A DNA stretch of 64,000 nt from Carpediemonas membranifera BICM (Eukaryota; Protista; Fornicata): positions 62,001 through 126,000 of the forward strand of contig JAHDYR010000009.1 of assembly GCA_019828565.1 (NCBI GenBank), read 5' to 3'. How positions within the stretch are numbered: position 1 is the stretch's first letter; each line of letters starts with the position of its first letter. A program made the translations under genes and the position numbers. The notes under the pieces are model-generated. The model was not told the DNA's origin. It did no database searches and was given only the letters and a program-made list of their open reading frames with translations. This document shows positions 36,687 to 49,342 of this stretch, piece after piece.

Positions 36687-39600
36687 CTATCCGTCTGTAT
36701 TGTTCGCCAGGAAGATGTCGAGAGCTGCGCAGTCCTTAACGTTCTTATATGGTTCCCACGTGGCTTCTTCGTCCTCAAATCCGGCCCAGTGCACGAGGTA
36801 CTTCTTCTGCGACATGGTACCTGACCCGCGTGCTGCTGAAATGCGGTCGACCAACCACTCGTCCCTGCTAGTTGCAGCGAGTTGCTGGATCTGGTCGTCA
36901 GTTAGTGTACCGGGGTTGAACCTTCGCACTCGTGCGGCATCGACCTTGATGGTCTTACCATTCGTGGGTGACTCTGCCATGTCTTGGACTTCATATGCCA
37001 CGGTGACGCCTGATTGCTTGATGCTCTTAACGCGCCTCATCGGGCCTCTCCACCCTGGTGATAGTTTGTCAGGTGGGCGAGAGGGGTACTTGACCAAGAC
37101 GTAACGACTCAGGATCTCCGTACGCGACGAGACGGCCTTCGACCACGCGTCCTCCTTCATCGCTTGGATGCGAGCCTTCGCCAGCTGAATTGCCGCGTCG
37201 GCGGCTGCCCGGTGTGACTGCTTGGCGCTCGCTGACGCTTGCTTGGTAACGTATATTGAGCTAGGCACGGTGAGGTTATATCCCAGGACGATCTCAGCCG
37301 GTGATAGGCGGGTTGGGACTCGCGGCGTGGCGTTGATGATAAAGCTCGCGACAGGCAGGTGATGTATCCAGTTAGAGTCTCTTATGTGGAACTTGCGTGC
37401 CTTCAAGATGCGTAACACCTCCTTGTTGGCTCGCTCCACCATCCCGTTTGACTGTGGATGGTGGGCCGTAGTGATGTGCGTATCAAAGCCCAACTCCTTG
37501 GACAACCGTTGGAATAGCTTGTTGTTAAACTCTGGCCCTCCATCGGACTGTAACACCTCTGGGCACCCGAAGCGCAGTACCCAGTTGTTGACGAATGCGT
37601 CAGCTGCTGCTTCGGCTGTGGTCCCGGAGACGGCAACCAGCTCGGTCCACCGTGAGCACATGTCGACCATGACCGTAATGTGCGTCATACCGTCCCGCGT
37701 TGGGAATGGCCCCATAGTGTCGATCGCTACGCGTTTGAACGGGGTCTCTACAGCCGTATGTAACCCGGCCACAGTCTGCTCGGGTGGTCGTTCTAGCACT
37801 TGGCACGTGGGGCAATGAGAGATGAACTCGTCCACAGCTGAGCGGGATACGCTCAACCCGTCGGCTCTCAGTCTGTCGATTGTCTGTCTTCTCGAGAAAT
37901 GAGCGCCTGCCATCTCGTGTGCCTTCTTAATCTGATCAGTGGTCGCCTGGGAGCGTACGGTGAAAACTCTCGATAGTCCGTCGGCTCCGGCGTTGTCTAA
38001 ACCTGCAACGTGCTCAATACCGAAGTCTAAGTCGGACAGGGTGTCAGCCCATCGCTTGACCTTGGCGTTAACGCTCCGGAACATGAACAGGAGGTTCCTG
38101 TGGTCGGTCAGGATTGTGAAATGGCCCCAACTGAGGAACTTGCGCCAGCGTTGCACGGCAGCTATAATGGCGTACGCCTCCTTCTCACTGGTGGACCATC
38201 TCGACTGCACCTCATTAAAGGCCTTACTCATATAGCATACTGGCCTACCCTCTTGGAGGAGTACTGCACCGTAGCCGAGCCCTGAGGCATCGGTCATAAT
38301 AGTGTGCTCCTTAGTCGCGTCGAAGATGGCGAGTGCGTCCGCCGATGTGAGAGCATCCTTGATCTTCTTCAGCGCTGCGTCCTGTTCAGGCTGGCCGATA
38401 GGCCTGCGCCCGGCCATTGCCTCAGTCAAGGGGAGGGCGATCTCGGCGAAACGGTCCACGTGATCTCTGAAATAGTTCAGAAAGCCTACTAAGCCCTGCA
38501 TCCCACGGACGCTCTTGGGCAACTGGAGCTCTGCAATGTCGGCTACCCGGTCGGGGGCGATGTGTTTCTGCCCCTCGGAGATTACCCAACCTAGGAACTC
38601 GACCTCGGCACGGCCAAACTGGCACTTCTCCCTATTGAGCTGTAACTTTGTCTCGCGTGCGCGAAGGAGGACCTTGCGGAGATTCTGGAGATATTCCTCT
38701 TCGCTTGCCCCGAAGATGATGATGTCGTCAATGTATATATAACAGGCTGTGCCGACCAGCCCCCGGAAGGCGGACTCCATAGCCCGCTGGAAATGGGCTC
38801 CAGCATTGCGTAGCCCAAAGGGCATCCGACAGTACTCGTACTGCCCCAGAGCCGTAGTAAATGCGGTGTACTGGCGGCAGCGCTCGGTCAGCTCGACTTG
38901 GTGGTAACCGGCGGAGAGGTCGAGGGTTGCGAAGACCTTCTTCCCCGCTAGCTGGGAGATAACCTCGTCAATACGAGGTATGGGGTAGTTGAAAGGTTCG
39001 GTGATGTCGTTAATTTGTCTGAAGTCAACTACGAATCGGGACTTACCCCCTTTCTTGGGTACTGTCATCGCGGGCGAAGCGTAAGGCGATTGACAGGCAC
39101 GGATAAATCTCTTCGCCAGGAGAGCGTCAATGTGCTCCTTGACGACGGCTACCTTCGCCGGGGGGATGTAGTATGGTCGCGCGTTCACGACCCTGTCACT
39201 CTTCAGGATCAAGTCGTACGGTTCGAGCTTGCTTGGCTCGTTGCGATCTTCGAACACTGCGCTGAACTCCTTGAGAATCTTGGCCTGTGTATCGCTCGTA
39301 GTGGGGTTCAACTGGTAGACGGCAGCGTCGAACTTGGCGGGCGACGGAATGTCCAGCTCGTCGCTACCCTCCTTGTTCCACTCAGCCTGAGGGAGAATAC
39401 CCAACTCAACCATATGGGGGTATCCTAGGATCAGGTCGAAGTCGGTGTCGAGTAGAAGTAGCTCGGCGTTAAATGTACAAGTGCGCGGGGTGAACGATGA
39501 TGGTTGCAGCTTAATCGTAGCGTTGACTCGACCCTGTGACTGTTTCTCGCCGCCTGCTGTTGCGACACGCTCCTGCGTGGTGGAGATGACCTCGAGCTTG

Positions 39601-40617
39601 GCTGCGTGGCGAGGGTGGATGCTTGACACGTTAGCTCCCGAGTCTAATAACGCTGTCAGCTTCTGCTTGCCTACTGAAACCGGAACGAGTGGTAGGTTGA
39701 TCTTGGACTTGGACTGATCTGCACTGATAGAGAGAGAATATTGCGGAGATTTATCCCGACAATATCTCTCCAGGTGACCAGTCTTCTTGCAGATCGAGCA
39801 CGTGTGCTTCGGCTTGGGGCACTTGTGCCATGCGTGCTTGCCGCCGCAGTTCCAGCAGGTGTAGTCGCGCTTCTTGTCAGTGCTACCGGGATGGGGCTTA
39901 CGCTCTGTCTTATCCCGGTTCAGCGTCTTGTTGCTTCCCTCCTCAGACGGCAGCGGCTGGCGATAAGGATGGCCGTTGCGGCCTGCTCTCTTCTGTTACC
40001 GCTAGGATGGCCGCCTGTCGGGTGAATGCTCTTGGGGTGCTTCTGTCCGTCTCCTAGGTACGCTTCTCTCAGCTCTTCGCCGTCCCGCAGCTCGGTGCTA
40101 ATGGCGAGTACCTGAGGCATGGCATCACTCAGAGTGGAATCTTCGATCAACTCTTGAATGCGGTACATAGTTCTGCCTGTTCCCTGCTTGAAGCAGCGGC
40201 GTACGTCTTACACAGTGTCTCCTGTGATGACTCGGGTTGCAGAATAGCCAGCAATGTCTGAAAGCGCTTGTTGATGCGTACCACCTCGCTAGGCGTGAAG
40301 GATGTGGCGTTCAAGCGGAAGTATTCAAGCCTTGCTACCTCGTGGCGTGGTCTAAAGGCCTTGCCGAGACGCTTGACACAAGCGATGTCTTGTTCGCGCC
40401 GGCGTGTAGTCTTGGTCTTGATGAGCGCCACGGGAGGATCGTTGTCGTCCGTGCCGAGTACTCCGTCAACGTAGTCACGGACGCAGCTGTCTATTAGGCG
40501 GTCTGAGCGCTGTTTTCCGCCGAGTGCTCGATAATCTTGGAGCGCTTCCACGAACGTGACTAATTCAGCCACGGACGTGCCCTTTAGTATCGGCGCTTTG
40601 GCCTTCCCGTATACCAT
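36687..40617 (-). CDS. D' gag-pol (Gag-PR-RT-RH-IN-chromodomain); two 1-bp deletions in gag relative to D
   Basis: Intact pol with YIDD, TDAS, DDE and YLVHWAGFEDEEATWEP. Confidence 0.9.
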
Positions 40618-40761
40618 GTTGGTGGGATTAGTACTAATGTAGCCTTATGGCTAGGGAAAGATTGTTTAATATAAGAAAACCCATGATGTGGTGAATATGG
40701 TCAATACTATATAAATCTATGAAATGGTAATCCTATGTAACATTGGGTAAGACCCACTGCA

Positions 40762-43700
40762 ACGGTCTGAGGGAATCCGTAGTGGCCGGCGAACTGGATG
40801 AATGCGCGGCAGGCAGACTCGGAGGAAGTTGAAGGGACAGCAACTAGCTCTGTAAAGCGTGAGAAGTTGTCAACCGTGACGATGATAAACTTGTTACCAA
40901 AGTCATCCTCCGGGAAGGGACCCATAGTGTCGATGGAGACGGCCACGAACGGGTCAGAGGAGAACGTAGGACGCAGGGTAGAAGTCGTCTTCTTGGCTGT
41001 CTCGCGGACCTTCTGACAGATGGGGCATGAGGCAATAAAGCCCTTGATGTCATCCAGCATGTTGGTCCATTCGATGCCGCGGAGCTTGAGGCGCTCCATG
41101 GTGGTCACGGCGCCCATATGGCCGGCGACGGGACCATGCACGGACTCAATGTCCACATGATGGTCAGACAGGGAAGTGACAGCCTTGAGACAGCGAGAGA
41201 GGACATCTGCGGCCGCGTTGTCGAGGCCGGGGATGTGATGAATCACGAAGACATACTCTTGGAGACGGAGGCTCCAGCGCACGACCTTCGGGGTCTCACT
41301 GCGCGACATGTAGATCAAGTTCTTATGATCGGTCTGGACCTCGAAGAACTGGCCTCGGATGAACGGATCGAACTTGGTGATGGCGAAGAAGATTCCATAT
41401 GCTTCTTGCTCGATCGTGGCCCAAGCTGACTCAGTCATCGTGAAGCGGCGCGAGACGAAGGCGACAGGTGCCTCCCTTGCCGGAGACGGGATCTTGCTGC
41501 GCGAGGAGAGCGCCACAGCCGAGCGAAGAAGCGTCGGTCTTGATCACCAGGGGCTTCGAGTAGTCTGGGAAAGATAGGAGGGGTGCCTGGACGATAGCGC
41601 GCTTGACGGTGTCCCAAGCAGTCTGTTCGGACTCACCCCACTCGAAAACGGTCTTGGAGCCGCAGAGGTCGTACAGGGGAGCCATGATACGGGCGAAATC
41701 TGCGACATGGTCACGGTAATAGTTCGCGAGACCGCAGAAGCTTCGCAGCTCGGAGGGGTTTGACGGAACGGTCATTGAGCCGAGGGCTTCCTTGCGCCAG
41801 CTGGAGATGCTGATGCCCTGTGAGCAGACCGTGTGGCCGACGAACTCGAGCTCGGTGCGGAGGAAGACGCACTTGCTCAGCTTCAGGCGTAAGTTGTGGG
41901 CGCGGACGAGTTCGAAGACCTGATGCAGAAGGGAGTTGTGGCCCTCGATCGTAGACGCGTGTACGATGACATCATCAAGGTAGCACTCGACCCCGCGGCC
42001 CAAGAGTGGAGCTAAGATCCGCATCATGCCTCGCTGGAAGTAGGAAGGCGCGTTCTTGAGACCGAAGGGGACTCTAACGAACTCGTACAGGCCGTTGTGC
42101 GTGGCAAATGCAGTCCGAGGAACAGCTGTTGCGTCGAGGGGGAACTGGTGGTAGCCACTGCGCAGGTCAAGCGTGGTGAAGTACTTGCTGCCATTCAGGC
42201 GAGACAAGATGGACTTAATGTTCTGCAGGGGGAATCGGAAGTCGCGGCTGACTGAGTTGAGGAGGCGGTAGTCTACGACCATCCTATGTTCACCGTTCGT
42301 CTTTGGCACGACGAAGCAAGGGGCGGAGTAAGCCGACTCCGATAGGCGGATGATGCCAGCCTCAAGGAGGGCCTCGACCTCTCGATCGATGACCTCAGTC
42401 ATGGCCGGGGAGAGCCGGCGAGGGGGAACGTGGGTCGGAGTTTCGTCCGTGACGGCGATCTCCATAGGCTGAACCTTGGCAGGCTCACGAGGGATGGGAC
42501 CGAAGATGTCTTCGAACTCGCGAGCGAGGGCTGCGACGTTTTCATCGAGCTCGATCTGGCCATCTTCGTCAAGGGGTGTAACCTCGCCGAGGTCCTGAGG
42601 CTCAGTCGCGGGAGGATCCAGTAGGTTGAACGTTTGGATCACGTCGAACCCAAGGATGAGGGGCTCACCGGTGTTGAGGACGTGGGCGCTGATAGTACCT
42701 CCGACTGAGTGGGGAGACCTGTTGACCTTGATGTCAAGGAGCGTGCGATGGGCAGACGTGGCGATGCCATTGGCCGTGCTTATCTTGAGCTCATCAGGGA
42801 TCATGACCAGGCCCAGAGACTTGGCCAGCACTGGGCTGATGAAGGATGAGGAGGCGCCTGTGTCGACCAGGGCGTCGACGCGGTCGGTGCTCTGGGGAGC
42901 AGGGGAGCCGACGGGCGCGAAGGCTCGTACGTTGGTGCTGAGGCGCATGACTGGTCCGCTTGTTGCCATCTTCAGAGAGATGGGCGTCGTCCGGCGGCCC
43001 GTAGCGAAGAAGCCGGGCTTGGACTTGTTGGGGCAGTCAGGCCTAAGGTGGCCGGAGAGGCCGCATCCATGGCAGACAGGCTGCGGCTTGGCAGGGGTAC
43101 CGGCAGGCTTATGGTTGTCTGGTTTGTTGGATGGGAAGTGTGGAGCAGGCGCTGCGGTAGCGTGAGGACGAGTGGGGTGGAAGCTCGGAGGCGGACGTGT
43201 GGCCTGAGGGCGCGGGACCTCGGGCTGACCGAACTCGGCGATGGTGCGCTTGGCCTCAGTCAAGGTCTCGACCTCTTGGAAGGCGGCACGCTTGGCGTCG
43301 GCGAGCGTCTCAGGTTCGGAGGCCTTGACCCGGCGGCGCAGTGAATCTGGGGACAGTCCGCGGATGAAAGTGCGGCGTAGTGTCTTCTCGTCGGGGAGGT
43401 AAGTGGAACAGAGGTCCTCGACGCGGTCGAACCTGTCGAGGTAGGCGAGCAGAGCGCTGTTGCTGGCCGTCGTGGAGGACATGGCGGTTGCTTCCAGCTT
43501 AGACAGAACGGCCTGAGTGCTCTTGGGAGCGAAGAAAGCGGAGTAGATCGCCGACAGGACGTTTTCATCTGGAAGGTCGTCAAAGTTGTCAATGCGAAGG
43601 CGGATCAGGCGTAAAACACGGCTGGAAATGAGCATACGGACAGATAGTGCTCTGTCGTCGGGAACTTGGGCGGAATAGGCCTCGAACTTGTCGTTGAAGC

Positions 43701-43872
43701 TGCAGAAGGCCGTTTCGGAACGAATGTCGTTGAGAAAAGGGGCTGAAATCGTTTGATAGTCCATGGCGGTGAGTAAGCTTACTGTGGCCAAATAAAGAGA
43801 ACTAATGACGAAGTGAGGTTTATTCGAAACCCGATCAAGGGCAAAAATGGTTATAAATAAAATTGCCCAACA
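40762..43872 (-). mobile_element. Gypsy element E, inserted in gag of B, truncated in integrase by D'; 5' LTR 43783-43872; gag-pol from 43764
   Basis: 90-bp TG..CA segment interrupts the B gag ORF; palindrome AGTAAGCTTACT 43772-43783; CCHC, VDTG, YLDD; frameshift near 41475. Only one LTR is visible, so its bounds are inferred. Confidence 0.82.
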
Positions 43873-44051
43873 GGCGTAGTGGACACAACGGAGGATGAAA
43901 GTTGCTGACGAAGGGCATCTATCTGCCCCATCAAGTAATCGACGGACTTGGTGGGCGCAGAACTCTCGATGACAGTGACGAGATCCTCCTTAACATGAGT
44001 GGATGCAACATCGTCAACAACAGGTACCTCAATTTCCGATAATGTCGACAT
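43873..44051 (-). pseudogene. Element B gag N-terminal fragment
   Basis: ATG immediately follows the B 5' LTR, inside the palindrome; the ORF is cut by the E LTR. Confidence 0.7.
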
Positions 44052-44263
44052 TGTGCCGAATCAAGGCAAGAACTGGTGAAGTGGTTTAAACTGACAAAAC
44101 TCACTGGAGCAACGAGACAGGAAACGCCACAGTGAACTTTCGTGTTGATGAAGAGTCGGAATTGGGCAGAACCTTCAGCTCCGCCGTGGGGTCATGAATG
44201 GTGGCTAAGAAAGCCAATGCGGGTGCGTTCGATAGAACCTTCCCAAGTGTCAGCACGTTCTTG

Positions 44264-47200
44264 TGTGGTGTGACTCAGGTCACAACAGGTATTATCCTGC
44301 ACATTTGGTGCAGGATTATGGCAGTATTCTCTCTAAAGTCTTTATTGGTTCCCTTGTGTCCAGGACTGACCACAATGATATCATTTCTTCCGGAGGAGAT
44401 GAGCTCAACGGTCCTGGCGCAGGAGAATCAATATAAGCAACATCAATTGACATTTTCACCAGAACCAATTTCTTCCGTTAGCGCAATGCAAATGTCTCCG
44501 CGGTGTCGACAGTTCAACTGAAATTCGCAAGCAACAACAAGTCTAGAGCGTTTAGTTCAACAAGACCATCAACTTCCACCAATGCACTATAGCATACAAG
44601 CAAACAACAGGCCAATACCAGTAACCAAGCTTCAATAAGCTCCAACAAACGATACAGCACCGCAATACCAGCTCTGGAGCGCCAATCAAGCTCCTTCAGG
44701 ACAATCGACCGAGACCAGCAACGAGACCAGTGGCCAGGCCAAGCACAAGCCGATACAGTGCAGATAGCACCAGGAATAAGCACCACCAAAGCCGCCAAAA
44801 GGCAAAACAAACCGAAACCACGCCGAGGAGCCAGCCACTTCCACGTCCAGCCAAATCGAACACCCCGAGACAGTGCGAGAAGAAGCCAAGAAGGGGCAGT
44901 GACCCCAGTAGACTCACTGACAGACCCACGCACGACTTTGACCAACGTAGACCTCCAGAATCAACGTCCCCAACCATCATCCAGAGCTACCTAGAGAGTA
45001 GCAGCTTGGCCACATGCGCCCAGAGCAAGTCATACATCATTCGGGTCATCCAGCAGACCATGAGCAAGCGTGGCACAGGGCCAATGGCCCAAGCCAGACA
45101 GGCAACTACCATCATCGACGATGAAAAACCGAAAGAGGTAACGACCCATCTGGGGACACCAAGCTCGGTTCCTACAGTCGTGGGAGCGATCCACACTATT
45201 TATATGTCTACATGAGGCCATGTATACCTTCCTAACAAATGCTCAGCAGAGCATGTGGAGCACGTAACTGCTAGCAGTGGGTCCTAGACGGCCAGTTATA
45301 TCCTTCTATCAGTGCTGAAACAGCACCCGTATTGAGCAGCTTCAAGGTTTGCTCTCCAGTTATCCCCGAACATGTGCGAACTCGCCAGCTTGCAGGTCCC
45401 TTCCACGTACAGCAACACGACATGAACCAATAGAGCTAGCACGCCACCGTCTCCGCAATTCCCTGTCAGGGGCAACCAGCGTCATAGAGCAACGATAAGC
45501 TCGACCGCTGCTCATCCACATCCTCAGTACGCGACAGCCTGGGCAGACACCCCATCTGCTGTCAACTGTATCGCGCTTGCCATCGTTCACCCCATGGCGC
45601 GAGCATCTCCATTTGAGCAACAATGGCTCGCACTTTTGTCAAGGCTAGCTGTGCTACCCGCCAAACTCAGGTAAGGTAATTACTTAGCTTCCACTTATCA
45701 TGACCGGCATCCTTGCTTTGAAGTCAATTTAGTAGACACGAGACCAACAGTCATCAGACAACAACGCGGCGACAACACAAAGTACTTCAGAGCCGCGGAG
45801 GGGCAGCGTTACCGCGCATAGCAGCTCTTCAACGAGTTTAGATAGTAGTTTCACGGGTCCCTTCCTCTGTGAGACTTGTACCGAAACCACGACCAGTCTA
45901 GTATGGTCGTATTATCACCTCATCCCGTGACGAGCAACTCACGGGTATCGCGAGCATGTTGCAGCTCGAACACATGTCGGCCCGTCCTCCAGCGATGCGC
46001 CCATCCTCTCAGTACAACACCTTCAGGCCAATAGAGGCGAGCAGCCTCTGGCACCCTAACACTTAGTCATCAATGGTACCTTCGGGCAGACCCGGAGATC
46101 ATCCGTCATGTCATGCTGCAGAGTACTCATATCGTATCTAACTCATGTCGTCACGTCGCCACATGATATCTCTACTAGGAGACAGAGCTATGGAGGAGGC
46201 TGATAACCTTCTTGACGAGCGGTAGACCCAGCAGTCACCCTCGAAGACGTCCGCAGTATCAACACTAAGCCAGATAAGCCCTCTCGTACTGACATACGAG
46301 GCCAATACCAGGACTAAAAGTCCACCCACGGTGCGTGTTCGCACCGGTTACCCATAAGTCTCCGCCACAGGAGGGCGGATACACCTTCGACGCCTGCTGA
46401 CTAGCAGTGGAACTAAGAGCTTGGCAGCGCCTTGCCTCACGAACTTAACCTTCCTTTCACATCTGTGGGATCTTCAGGCACCACCCAGTCGGGGTGACAG
46501 TGCCCTACAGCCTCTTCAATCAACCTTGCATGTTACTCGGTGTCACAGGACACTCGAGAGAGGTCGTAATGACTCTCATTCGCGCCAGCGAGAGACGAAC
46601 CAAGCGCGTTTAGCACAATACTTGCGACCCGTCAGGTCAGCCAGCAACTAGAGACTCAGCCAGATGGAGGGTAGTGTCGATGCATCTCAACCCGTGGTTC
46701 ACCCACTTCCTAGAGTCTCCACTTATCGTGGATTGTATCGTCGTTTACACTAAGCAAACGTTGCAGAGTTTCCGTATGCCCCTGAGACAGGTCTGTCTCC
46801 CGAGCACTCTGCTACCCATGTCCCGGACACTAGACAGCCAGCCTAGGTCGACAGTCATCAGCGGATGACCTAATCAACCGCGTATACTTATGCTACGTAG
46901 GAGCCGTGCCCGCGAGCAAGGGTTAGCCCAAGCAGTACACACCCGATGTTTAACCATCCGCCTCGGCCGAGCGAGTGAGTCCACCCGCAAGTACGAGAGA
47001 CATCCCCAGCCGCCTGAGCAATGTCCAGCTACCGTCAATTGACAGCATCATGTAGTGATGCGACACACGATCGAGTGGCCAATGAGTCGTCGCTCATCTC
47101 GAAGCGGACAGTTCTAGTGCCGAATAGCCGTCACAGCAGTCAAGCCTTCGCAATGTCAGCCAGGCTTGTGACATAAGCTGTGCCGACAGTCATCTACTAG

Positions 47201-49166
47201 TGCAAGAAGCACTTCATAGTATCCTGAGTCAAGCGTACTCAGCCTAACACCCAACCTGTACCGGAAGGTAGGTTACCCATGTTCAGTCAGCACCGGTGCG
47301 CTTTAACGTTACATGTACATTTATAACTCGTCGAAACTACGTTCGTAGTTCATCCAATCGGTCTCACCAGGAGGTTAATCCTCGGTGGAGACGGCCAGTG
47401 AGCTGTGTCGAACAACGGAGCATCTTGCATGCTCTGAGTAGGCGCAGAGGCCAGGTAGGTTTTGTATAGCACATGAGTGTCTACAAGCCTTTGAGCTGTC
47501 GTTCGACATCTCTATTTTGCACCGCCTTGGCAGTTAGCCAGTATAGGGGTGTCGCTTACTTACATAGGGATCCCAACAACTTGATATATATCGCGATCCA
47601 GACCAGTAGGTCTGTGGACGGGTGGTAGTGGTCAGCTGAGCGTTGATCCACGGTGCGGTGAGTCTGAGGGAGTGCACGCCCGACGACAACACGGCTGTGT
47701 GTGACACCTTGGGACCGCCATCTAAGGTTCGGGTAATGGATGCTTTGCCGACGGGCTCTGCACACCTGAGCGTCCGGAAAGGCCATGTGGCAAGTACGGT
47801 TGTTACGGAGCATGTTCTGAGTCAGCTAGCGAGCATGTATGCTCCTAGCACACGAGTGTCGTTCAACACTCTTCTATTAAGCTATCAGGTCTGAGCCAGG
47901 CCGATTAACGGCGCTCGCTGACAGCGATTAGTCATGATTACACACCAGCGAGTTAGAGCTGAGCCCAGTCGGGTGCTCATCGCTGTGCTGTTGTCTTGAA
48001 TGGTTGTGAGCCTAGGCCATCGTTCGATAGGTAAGCCCGACTCATTCATAAGCCGGAATACACGGCAGGCAGTCTATGATAGACTATGATGGAACATGAG
48101 CCGCAACGAGTCAGTGGGCCAGGGTTGAAACCCGCAGTCCGACACGTCATCCCGGAGATCGGTTGTGTTCGGAGCAGTACCGTCGTTTGAATGGTATATG
48201 TCCAAATGGTGGACGGGTTAGACCGGCCCCAAGACCACAGTTGGAGGCGATGGGGTGGCCAAGCTTACGGTTAGAGGCTTGACCGATGAGACCCTGCATC
48301 GAGGACCGAGTTGTCCTATAGATGAGTGTCAGTAATAGAGTAGCCTGCTACCTTAAGCTTTTGCTTAAGTGTGGTTGGATACGTCCCAAGAGACAGTCCC
48401 TTTTCAAAGACGTACAGCGTCATGCCATACGTGGCTATTATAGAGCCGTCAGAACAAACGCGCCTGACCAGTCTTTCGACAGGTTTGGTCGCTTCGTCTG
48501 GACCTTGAGCCCGACACGAAATGTTGCGCATGCACAGCGCAGTCATCTGTCGCCACAAATCGAACTAGTGTGGCTTTCTCCGGCTTCACCTTTACGTGAG
48601 CGCCGGGTGGTTCTCTTCCCAAACCCCTTTGAGCGCTTCAGACAGCTCAGATTTTACTCAGCAATGACCTTTTTTCTTCCGGTTTCGGGGGTTTTTTAGT
48701 CTTCACCAGGTGGTTTCTCTTTCTGATTCGATCAGTTTCTTCGCCGCCGCAGCAACTTCCCAATCATTGCCTACATGTGTTACGGCCGTCACTTAGACGA
48801 CCGTGGAGGGGCAGTAACATCTACAACCCAGCCACCACATCAGTTCCTTCATCGCAGCAAGTACATCGGACAGCTTAGAGCCGAACGGTCGGCCGTGCGG
48901 TCCACATGTGGTGTCGGAATATCTTTTTGATATCTCAACATTATGACATCGAGCAACGACAGGTTCCGTCACATGTCGCGTCACCAGACGCAACAGCTCA
49001 CCTTACATACTTTTGTCAAGGCTCATCTCTATCAAGATGACCCTTGGAGGGGCAGTGTGGTGTGACTCAGGTCACAACAGGTATTATCCTGCACATTTGG
49101 TGCAGGATTATGGCAGTATTCTCTCTAAAGTCTTTATTGGTTCCCTTGTGTCCAGGACTGACCACA
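44264..49166 (+). mobile_element. Non-autonomous LTR element C (decayed internal region), inserted in gag of A
   Basis: Identical 111-bp LTRs 44264-44374 and 49056-49166; TSD CTTG; PPT GGAGGGGCAG; palindrome AATGATATCATT 44374-44385; no long ORF. Confidence 0.9.
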
Positions 49167-49342
49167 CTTGTTATCACTGAGATTGTGATTTTTCAGTAGG
49201 AGGATCCAGTGATTCCATGCAGCATAATCCCGTTTGTTAGGGGGATCCTTCAAAGCTGATATGTCCATGTTCTTAATAGCAGTAGAAGCTTCTGTCGCCA
49301 CAATGGACTGATGTGAACAGGGTGCAGTTTATCTCACACTAC

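Larger units (their letters stand above)
35551..40761 (-). mobile_element. Gypsy element D' (second D copy, inverted), 3' LTR missing; 5' LTR 40638-40761
   Basis: 37450-40761 is the reverse complement of 32235-35550; palindrome 40627-40638. Confidence 0.9.
30815..44131 (-). mobile_element. Gypsy element B, inserted in gag of A; centre deleted and occupied by D, D' and E
   Basis: Identical 80-bp LTRs 30815-30894 and 44052-44131; TSD GTGA; PPT GAGGAGGGGCAGGA; palindrome AATGTCGACATT 44041-44052. Confidence 0.9.

Noticed and set aside
32235-40761. A single element with inverted LTRs (DIRS-like)
   Set aside because: No tyrosine recombinase, no shared TSD, and the flanks belong to different host elements; two insertions plus a deletion explain it.
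34041-41480. Programmed frameshifts in D, D' and E pol/gag
   Set aside because: They are 1-bp indels in short homopolymers. Those in D are absent from D' and vice versa, so they are probably sequencing errors or copy-specific mutations.
30864-41516. Element B encoding two integrases
   Set aside because: The second integrase belongs to element E, whose own LTR and palindrome are at 43772-43872.
44514-45215. Hydrophobic and basic ORFs inside C as env-like genes
   Set aside because: Short ORFs explained by strong A/C strand skew; no recognisable motifs.
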